Made by a program: the position numbers and the translations under genes
Source: Candidatus Woesearchaeota archaeon
GTDB taxonomy: Archaea > Nanobdellota > Nanobdellia > Woesearchaeales > GW2011-AR15
Direction of reading: 5' to 3'
Assembly (NCBI GenBank): GCA_016935095.1
Contig: JAFGRO010000029.1
Coordinates: forward strand, 7,313 to 71,312
DNA: 64,000 nucleotides
The notes under the pieces: model-generated
The model's input: only the letters and a program-made list of their open reading frames with translations
What the model was told of the DNA's origin: nothing
The model's database searches: none
Part shown: in pieces, positions 57,158 through 64,000 of the stretch
How the letters are laid out: every line of letters begins with the position of its first letter
Numbering within the stretch: the first letter of the stretch is position 1

Positions 57158-58237
57158 ATGATAAGAATGGCATATCCGGAAATACTCAACAGGTTATATT
57201 TTGGTAACACTATATTGCAATATTTGATCTTTTTCAGCAGCATAGCCCTGACTATAATCATGGGAAAGATTGTTTATTATATCTCAAAAGGTATAATAAG
57301 AAAAATTACTTCTAAAACAAAAACAAAATTTGATGATATTCTAATAGACATCATCGAAGAGCCGCTCATCTTTTTGATTATTACAATCGGATTTTTTTTA
57401 GGGTATACCCAATTGAATTTAGCAGATAATATTGCAAATATTTTTACTGGATTAACCAGGATGTTCACAACCCTGGCATTTGCCTGGTTTTTCCTAAGAT
57501 TCATTGATTCTTTAATAGTCCATTACTTAATTCCAGCTACTAAAAAAACTGAATCTGACCTGGATGATCATTTGATCCCGATTATCAGAAAGCTGAGCAA
57601 AATAATTATTATTTCAATCACATTCATAATGATTCTAAGTAATTTCGGTTATGATGTTACGTCTATTGTTGCCGGGCTCGGCATAGGCGGTTTGGCAGTT
57701 GCTTTTGCAGCTAAAGATATGCTGGCGAATTTATTTGGAGGATTTACAATAGTAATTGACAAGCCGTTTAAGATGGGACAATGGATTGAAGTAGGCGGCT
57801 ATACCGGAGAAGTTGTTGAAATCGGCTTAAGAAGCACAAGATTAAAGACCAGCAACGGCGAATATATAACTATTCCGAACAGCTTTGTAGCTGAAAAAGG
57901 GACTGTCAATTATAAAAAATACAGGCAAAGGCTGGTTACTTTTACATTAGGCTTAGCATGTGATACTTCCAATGCAAAAATGAAAAAGTCAAAAGAAATT
58001 GTAAAAAAAGTAATATCTAAACAGGCTCTGCTTAAAGAAGATTCAGTTGAGGTTAATTTTGTTAATTTCGGAGATTTTACATATGACCTGGAAGTGAGGT
58101 ATATAATAAACACTAATTCTGCTGGTGAAGTAAGAAAAGTCAAAGATGCTGTCAACACAGAAATCAAGGAATTACTGGAAAAAAACAAAATCGAGCTGTC
58201 TTACCCCACACAGACACTTTATCTGAAGAAGCTGTAA
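57158..58237 (+). CDS. mscS: Small-conductance mechanosensitive channel
   Basis: AGLGIGGLAVAFAAKD, DKPFKMG, IGLRSTR, IPNS, YPTQT. Confidence 0.95.
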   Translation: MIRMAYPEILNRLYFGNTILQYLIFFSSIALTIIMGKIVYYISKGIIRKITSKTKTKFDDILIDIIEEPLIFLIITIGFFLGYTQLNLADNIANIFTGLTRMFTTLAFAWFFLRFIDSLIVHYLIPATKKTESDLDDHLIPIIRKLSKIIIISITFIMILSNFGYDVTSIVAGLGIGGLAVAFAAKDMLANLFGGFTIVIDKPFKMGQWIEVGGYTGEVVEIGLRSTRLKTSNGEYITIPNSFVAEKGTVNYKKYRQRLVTFTLGLACDTSNAKMKKSKEIVKKVISKQALLKEDSVEVNFVNFGDFTYDLEVRYIINTNSAGEVRKVKDAVNTEIKELLEKNKIELSYPTQTLYLKKL

Positions 58238-58276
58238 AGAAAAATTTATATACAACTATCCAGTGTATATCTTGAT

Positions 58277-58921
58277 ATGAAAAAAAGAATTCTGATAGGG
58301 ATTTTTATCTTATTAATCCCTGTTTTGATTAGTTGTTATGTATATTTCGGGATAATTTCACCCCAATTTATCAAAAAACCTTACATTGAAAAACCGGATA
58401 TAATTGGTCTTGATGAAAACTCAGATAATCTTGTAATCGAGGATTCCATGGTTAATTATATAGCAAACGAGATTGGCTCCTATAATCTCCATGAGGATCC
58501 TACTTCAGGAGAAATTCCTGAAATGGAGTTTATTGTAAATGATTTTGAGGAAGTATTCACTGTGAGGATTATTGATAATATACCCAGAACTGAAAAGGGA
58601 AGTGCGGCTAACCCAGACCTAAGGATTATAGCATCCCAGCCCGTTATTTTAGATATTCTGGACTCAGAAGACATACAAGGGAGGATTGTAAAACATATAG
58701 AGGAAGGAGATGTTGAAATCGAAGTTCTTGCTAATGAAGCAACACTTGGAATGAAAGGGTATAAAGCTGTTTATGACAGCATTAACAAAAATACAGATTT
58801 AATTACAGGGAAAGTAACAATGGAACTAAATCCTATGGGCTTTGTCAGCTTAATAAAATTATGTTTTCTAATCTGTCTGTTTTTGATTATAGAACTGGCT
58901 TTTCTTTATGAAACCCATTAA
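58277..58921 (+). CDS. Membrane-anchored hypothetical protein (SCP2-like fold possible)
   Basis: N- and C-terminal TM; G.A.NPDLRI...L..KGY. Confidence 0.65.
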   Translation: MKKRILIGIFILLIPVLISCYVYFGIISPQFIKKPYIEKPDIIGLDENSDNLVIEDSMVNYIANEIGSYNLHEDPTSGEIPEMEFIVNDFEEVFTVRIIDNIPRTEKGSAANPDLRIIASQPVILDILDSEDIQGRIVKHIEEGDVEIEVLANEATLGMKGYKAVYDSINKNTDLITGKVTMELNPMGFVSLIKLCFLICLFLIIELAFLYETH

Positions 58922-58923
58922 AA

Positions 58924-59466
58924 TCATTTAATCAGGTTGTATTTTGACAGGACTTCTTTGTAAGTTTCAAAATCTTCTGATTTTTTAAATTCCTTAATCT
59001 TTTCTTTAGTCAGCTGATTTATCCATTTATGCTGAATTTTAATTACTTTTTTAATATCTTCATCCAAGACGGGCTGTTCTTTATATTCCTCTGCTGGAAA
59101 TTCCTCATATTCATCGTGTGTAAATCTGAAGAAATCCAGTATTTTAGAGATAATATCTTTTTCTTTTTTTGGTTTTATTTCTTCTTCCTCTTTAGATTCC
59201 TCTGTTTGTTCCTGAAATGAATCTAATTCCTCTCCATTTTCAGTTTCTCTTATTATCTCTGCCTGTTTTTTTGGCATAAAAATGTTAAAGATTCGTCTAT
59301 AAAAAGGTTCCCTCTCCTTACAGAACTCCTGGCTCTCTTTTTCAAAATCAGAATCTGAAGCTATAATCTCAGACTCAGCTTTCTTCTTGAGTGCGCCTTT
59401 TCTTACTTTTGTACTTAAATAACGATCCAGTTCCTTGTTAAATTCTTGCTGGGTTATTTTTATCAC
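58924..59466 (-). CDS. Acidic hypothetical protein
   Basis: Glu-rich with C-terminal FK.S.DFE.YKE.L.KY.LIK. Confidence 0.7.
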   Translation of the reverse strand: MIKITQQEFNKELDRYLSTKVRKGALKKKAESEIIASDSDFEKESQEFCKEREPFYRRIFNIFMPKKQAEIIRETENGEELDSFQEQTEESKEEEEIKPKKEKDIISKILDFFRFTHDEYEEFPAEEYKEQPVLDEDIKKVIKIQHKWINQLTKEKIKEFKKSEDFETYKEVLSKYNLIK

Positions 59467-59516
59467 CCTTAATTATTAGTTAGTATAAATTAAATATTTC
59501 AATGCTATTTATATGT

Positions 59517-59541
59517 TTCTGAATTGCCGGGCAATTCAGAA
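59517..59541. promoter_or_regulatory. Perfect 12-1-12 palindrome, candidate operator
   Basis: TTCTGAATTGCC-G-GGCAATTCAGAA in the divergent intergenic region before the pilin operon. Confidence 0.55.
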
Positions 59542-59647
59542 GCCCAAAAATGGTTAAAAATGCATTTTTTATGTTTTGGAAAAACAAAGTTTTTTTTAAT
59601 TTGTTATCCAGTTAAATTTATATATGTAATACCGATATTTAATACTT

Positions 59648-60061
59648 ATGTTAAAAAAGAGGTCCCAGGTTAGTGTTGAGTTCTTAACCATATTTGGATT
59701 TGTATTTCTGATGCTAATTCCTTTGGTAATAGTCTTTCACCTTCAGTCAAATGAAACAAAAGATAGCCTGGCTTCCAACCAAATCAGAAACATGGGTATG
59801 AAAATTATTGATAAAACAGAATATGTTTATTATCTGGGAGAGCCGTCAAAAACAACATTGAAATTTATGTTTCCGGAGAGAATAGAAAACATAAGCATAT
59901 GTAACAGGGAGCTGATTTTTAATTATAAAACATATAATGAAAACATACAGCCTGTAATTTTTATATCGCTTGTAAACATAACAGGCAATTTGTCTTCTGG
60001 CTCAGGAATACACAAGATAATTATTGAAGCTAGGGGTGATTATGTATCAATCACAGAATAA
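59648..60061 (+). CDS. Class III signal peptide pilin-like protein
   Basis: KKRS/QVSVEF motif. Confidence 0.85.
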   Translation: MLKKRSQVSVEFLTIFGFVFLMLIPLVIVFHLQSNETKDSLASNQIRNMGMKIIDKTEYVYYLGEPSKTTLKFMFPERIENISICNRELIFNYKTYNENIQPVIFISLVNITGNLSSGSGIHKIIIEARGDYVSITE

Positions 60062-60438
60062 AATCCCAGGTAAGTATGGAGTTTATTTTCATGACCGGCA
60101 TGGCAATTGTCGTTACCTTTGTTCTTTTGCTTGTGGTAGGGGAAATGATCAACAGAAATGCTGATGAAAAAAAAACAATAATACTCAATGACTACGGGTA
60201 TTATATCCAGAACGAGTTTATTCTGGCTGCAGAAACAGAACCCGGCTATAAGAGGATAATAGATATTCCAAATGAACTTGAAAATATTGAATACTCAATC
60301 TGGAACACAGACAAGATATTATTTGTCAACAGTTCAAAAATTGAATTCTGGTGGCATATACCTGAAACACAGGGGAATGTCCAGAAAGGCATCAACATAA
60401 TCCAAAATATAAACGGAAGTGTTTGTATAAATTGTTAA
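60046..60438 (+). CDS. Class III signal peptide pilin-like protein (start upstream of the tracked ATG at 60076)
   Basis: In-frame RIKS/QVSMEF signal lies upstream of 60076; candidate ATC start at 60046. Confidence 0.75.
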   Translation: MNHRIKSQVSMEFIFMTGMAIVVTFVLLLVVGEMINRNADEKKTIILNDYGYYIQNEFILAAETEPGYKRIIDIPNELENIEYSIWNTDKILFVNSSKIEFWWHIPETQGNVQKGINIIQNINGSVCINC

Positions 60439-60439
60439 A

Positions 60440-60982
60440 ATGTTTATTGGGAAAAAATCGCAAATCTGGTATACTGATTTCATATTAGGGCTGACTATTT
60501 TTCTGATAGCCCTGTTAATAGCTGTAAAATATATTTCAGATAATTATATTCTCCCAAGAGAAGATACTAGTGAGATGGTTATTGTTGCACAGTCTGTTTC
60601 AGAGTCTCTGATGACAAAAGGCGTGCCTGAATCATGGAATGAGGAAAATGTCATCAGGATTGGTATTACTGACGGAGATTATGTCATAAATAATACAAAA
60701 TTAACAGCTTTTTCAAATCTCACGCAGTCAGATTATGAATACACCAGAAGCCTGCTTGGCTCTCACAGATTCGAGTACTTGATTTTTTTCAAAGACAACT
60801 ACAATAATACAATGAATTTAACTTCAGAGTATATTGGCAAACCAAACATTACTGAATATAATATAGGATCATTGGACACAGAGGAGATTATCTCTATAAA
60901 AAGGTTCATTGTCTTAAAACAGGGAGAAGAAGAAAACAGAACTGCCCAGATCCTGGAAATGAATCTGTATTTATGGCAATAA
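60440..60982 (+). CDS. Class III signal peptide pilin-like protein
   Basis: KKS/QIWYTDF, L...G.P..W motif. Confidence 0.85.
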   Translation: MFIGKKSQIWYTDFILGLTIFLIALLIAVKYISDNYILPREDTSEMVIVAQSVSESLMTKGVPESWNEENVIRIGITDGDYVINNTKLTAFSNLTQSDYEYTRSLLGSHRFEYLIFFKDNYNNTMNLTSEYIGKPNITEYNIGSLDTEEIISIKRFIVLKQGEEENRTAQILEMNLYLWQ

Positions 60983-63900
60983 ACATGATTACCGGAAAAA
61001 ATAAGAAAGGGATTTTTTTTACAATAGACGGCATTTTTGCAACATTGTTAATACTCTTCGGGCTAATTCTGGTATTTTCAAATTTCATTGAACAGGACGA
61101 ATCAACCGCCCAGATAAATTATCTTTCAAAGGATCTTGTAAACAGCTTGGCCAATATCAAAATTACTGAAGTGGACGACTCTTTTGTTAAAAAATTAATC
61201 TCCGACGGAAACATAACTAACCTAAATAATTCTGTTATTGTACAGATAGGGGAGTTCTATGTTTTAAATAAGACAGAGCTTGCACTGAATTTATCTAAAA
61301 TCCTCACTGAAAAGCTTATACCGGATAAATTCGGTTTTCAGATTCTAGTCAATGATGAAACAATTTTAGTTAATGACTCAAAATCAGGAAGAATGGATGA
61401 TTTAATCTCTTACAGGAGAATGGTCTCCGGCTTTGAAAAATTTAAGCCGTTAAGAGGAGCAACTTCAAGAGTCTTTTTAGAAGGCATAAATGAAAAGACG
61501 TATTATTCATACTTATATTTCGGCGGTTTTGTAGGCCAGGGCAATATTACTGGATATATTGATGACATTCCATCAAATGTAGATATAATTAACATGTACT
61601 TTGAATCTGATTCCGGTGGAAATTTTGAATTGTATATTAACGAGATAAAATGTAATGGCACATATTATCCGGGGACAGGGGAGATGACAGCAGATTCATG
61701 GGATATTACTCTGTGTAATTCTTCGGTTGTCCCCGGTGAGCGAAATAATTTTACGGTCATGTTTAAAGGGGATATCGGCAATTCATACATAGGAGGTGGA
61801 TTTATCAGAATAACTTACATGACCAGTCAAATGCAGCAGGAATCTTTTTTTGATTCATACAGATACCAGTTCCCTGAAATACGGGGCATTATCAATATAT
61901 ATTCCTCCTTTTATGTACCGGGAATCCTTGATTCAATGAATGTTTATCTGCATTTTTTTGCCAATACATCAGGTAATTCAACCAACACATTATATTTAAC
62001 TATAGGAAATGCAACTGTTGTTTCAATAGAAAATCTAACCGGAGAAAATAATGTCACTCTGACAGATATTAATTTAACACCCTATATTAGTTACTCTGAA
62101 TTAACTTCAAAAACAGTTCCCATAAGAATCGGATTTGAAAATGTAAGTTTCGGCTATATCTACGAGGGTAATGCGGATGTAGCCCTGATTACAGATGTTT
62201 CAGGAAGCATGGACTGGAGGATGAGCAGCAATGATGGAGGAACAGCAAGAAATTGTAATGACCCTGATTTAAATCTCTCTACAACAAGCAGGTTAAGTGT
62301 TGCTAAATGCCTGGATAAGGAATTTGCAGAGGATATAATAAATATAACTGGAAATGAAGTTGGCTTAATATCTTATGATACAAGCACTAATACTGGTGAA
62401 ACAGTATATCCTACAACAGACCTAAATTCATTATACCAGACAATTGGTAATGCAAGCCCTGAAACAGGTTACTCTGCAGACGGGTGGACTTGCATATGTT
62501 GCGGCATAAATTCTGCAAGAGACATACTAGTAAATGACATATCAGCAACAACATTAATATCTTCAGGTTCAAGCTGGCTTTACAATGATGATTATCTAGA
62601 TGGAGATATCCCCCAGGATCCCTCCGGCAATAACTGGTATGACATAACATATTCTAATGAATCAGACTGGTCAACAGGCAATGCAATTTTAGGCGCTACA
62701 AATAGTTATGTTTATTCACCATATGTAGATACAGAAATTACTTCTGATCTTTTAGGTGACACTAGTTATGTAAATTTATGGGAGAATAATGGAGATGTTT
62801 CCGGAGCTCCGAATGATTTTTCATCAGGTGTTTTAAATTCAACAGGAAATACATATGGCATATCAGGAGACAATGACGGCTGGGACTGGGATAATCAAGA
62901 TGGCTCAGGACCTTTTGGATATGATGATGATATTGAATATATGAATATTACAGTTTTAGGATCCGAAGAGATGATGACATTAAGATGTAATTATTACTGG
63001 GGCGGAAATATTTGCACAGACAATGACTGTTCAGGAGCATATGGAATTCTTGTTAATATTACCCAGGATATGTATGATCTGATTCTAGCAGGAGGCATTG
63101 CAACAGTTTCATTTTATTACGAATGGGCTGACGGACCTGGCAATAAATTTGAAATTGACGATCAGGTATGGACAAAAGTAAGATGGACATCCAGTATATC
63201 CGGAACTCATTTTTTAGGCAACCAGCTGGATGGCTCTCATGGGGAGGGAGATGCTGATTTTGAAATTGCCACAGCCGACAATCCAGATAATCAATATTTT
63301 GGATATTATGCCCAGGAAATCACTAACTGGATTGAATCGCCTGGATTATATTACCTTGAATTAGGGGGAAAGGTTCTTGCTGATAACAATGATGAAGTCG
63401 GAAGATGGTATTTTGATAATATACAGATTGAGATATCAAATGCAATGGATTATTATTATTTCAGGAAACATTTTACAATTGCTGACCTTAACAGTGTTAA
63501 AAAAGGAGTCTTAAATGTATTATCAGATGATAAGGCAATTATTTATTTGAATGGAGAAATAATAGATATTGATTATGAAGAGCATGAGGCAGAATATTGG
63601 AACAGTAGGGGCAAAAACATAGAAGGAAGTTATTTTAGATTAGGAGATAATGTCATTGCTGCTGAATTATTTAATTCTGAAGACGCAGCAAAATTTGATA
63701 TGGAACTAATCGGATTAAATGAATCCAGAGACAAAGCAATGATGGTAATGACTGACGGCCAGGCTAATCTTCAGTGTGCTGAACAGGGAACAGGAAGCTC
63801 TTCACAGGATGCAATCCAGGCTGCATGTGATGCCCGCGAAGATTACGGAATAATAGTCTATGCCGTTGGTTATAGTGATGAAGCGCAGGAATCTACACTT

Positions 63901-64000
63901 CAGGGGATTGCTGATTGCGGGGACGGCATCTACAGAAAAAGTGATAATTTATCTGAATTGCAGGATTTTTACGAAGATGTGGCTTCCCAGATTATATCTG
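60973..64000 (+). CDS. Large pilin-anchored vWA-domain surface protein, 3'-truncated by the window edge (not in ORF track)
   Basis: KKG/IFFTID signal, MIDAS DVSGSM near 62190, T.ICCGI, MTDGQAN near 63750; frame appears open to the end. Confidence 0.85.
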   Translation, partial: MAINMITGKNKKGIFFTIDGIFATLLILFGLILVFSNFIEQDESTAQINYLSKDLVNSLANIKITEVDDSFVKKLISDGNITNLNNSVIVQIGEFYVLNKTELALNLSKILTEKLIPDKFGFQILVNDETILVNDSKSGRMDDLISYRRMVSGFEKFKPLRGATSRVFLEGINEKTYYSYLYFGGFVGQGNITGYIDDIPSNVDIINMYFESDSGGNFELYINEIKCNGTYYPGTGEMTADSWDITLCNSSVVPGERNNFTVMFKGDIGNSYIGGGFIRITYMTSQMQQESFFDSYRYQFPEIRGIINIYSSFYVPGILDSMNVYLHFFANTSGNSTNTLYLTIGNATVVSIENLTGENNVTLTDINLTPYISYSELTSKTVPIRIGFENVSFGYIYEGNADVALITDVSGSMDWRMSSNDGGTARNCNDPDLNLSTTSRLSVAKCLDKEFAEDIINITGNEVGLISYDTSTNTGETVYPTTDLNSLYQTIGNASPETGYSADGWTCICCGINSARDILVNDISATTLISSGSSWLYNDDYLDGDIPQDPSGNNWYDITYSNESDWSTGNAILGATNSYVYSPYVDTEITSDLLGDTSYVNLWENNGDVSGAPNDFSSGVLNSTGNTYGISGDNDGWDWDNQDGSGPFGYDDDIEYMNITVLGSEEMMTLRCNYYWGGNICTDNDCSGAYGILVNITQDMYDLILAGGIATVSFYYEWADGPGNKFEIDDQVWTKVRWTSSISGTHFLGNQLDGSHGEGDADFEIATADNPDNQYFGYYAQEITNWIESPGLYYLELGGKVLADNNDEVGRWYFDNIQIEISNAMDYYYFRKHFTIADLNSVKKGVLNVLSDDKAIIYLNGEIIDIDYEEHEAEYWNSRGKNIEGSYFRLGDNVIAAELFNSEDAAKFDMELIGLNESRDKAMMVMTDGQANLQCAEQGTGSSSQDAIQAACDAREDYGIIVYAVGYSDEAQESTLQGIADCGDGIYRKSDNLSELQDFYEDVASQIIS

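Overview
AT-rich archaeal chromosome segment, most likely a DPANN/Woesearchaeota-type organism (inferred from TFS, Nmd3, Hel308, translin, class III pilins, BHB-intron tRNAs and GAGGTG/GGTGAT Shine-Dalgarno sites). A ~16.5 kb accessory island (about 2.1-18.6 kb) sits between pilus genes. It carries a type I-B CRISPR-Cas locus (cas6, cas8 with internal cas11, cas7, cas5, cas3, cas4, cas1, cas2; 11 identical 30-bp repeats) interleaved with an HTH + nucleotidyltransferase pair, a BRO-N gene, a probable old cas3 tail, a radC relic and two nucleases. The rest is housekeeping and accessory genes: pilus ATPase, nucleotide metabolism, IS200, MNT-HEPN, a KaiC/two-component cluster and a pilin/vWA operon. 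The strongest signal is in the RNA genes. All five tRNAs (Ile, Asn, Gly, Arg, His) carry 2-3 BHB introns (11 in total). A box C/D sRNA candidate lies directly upstream of tRNA-Arg. The SRP RNA gene is interrupted in its SRP54-binding helix 8 by a 49-nt insertion bounded by a well-formed bulge-helix-bulge motif, i.e. a candidate spliced SRP RNA. All calls were made by eye and no database searches were run.
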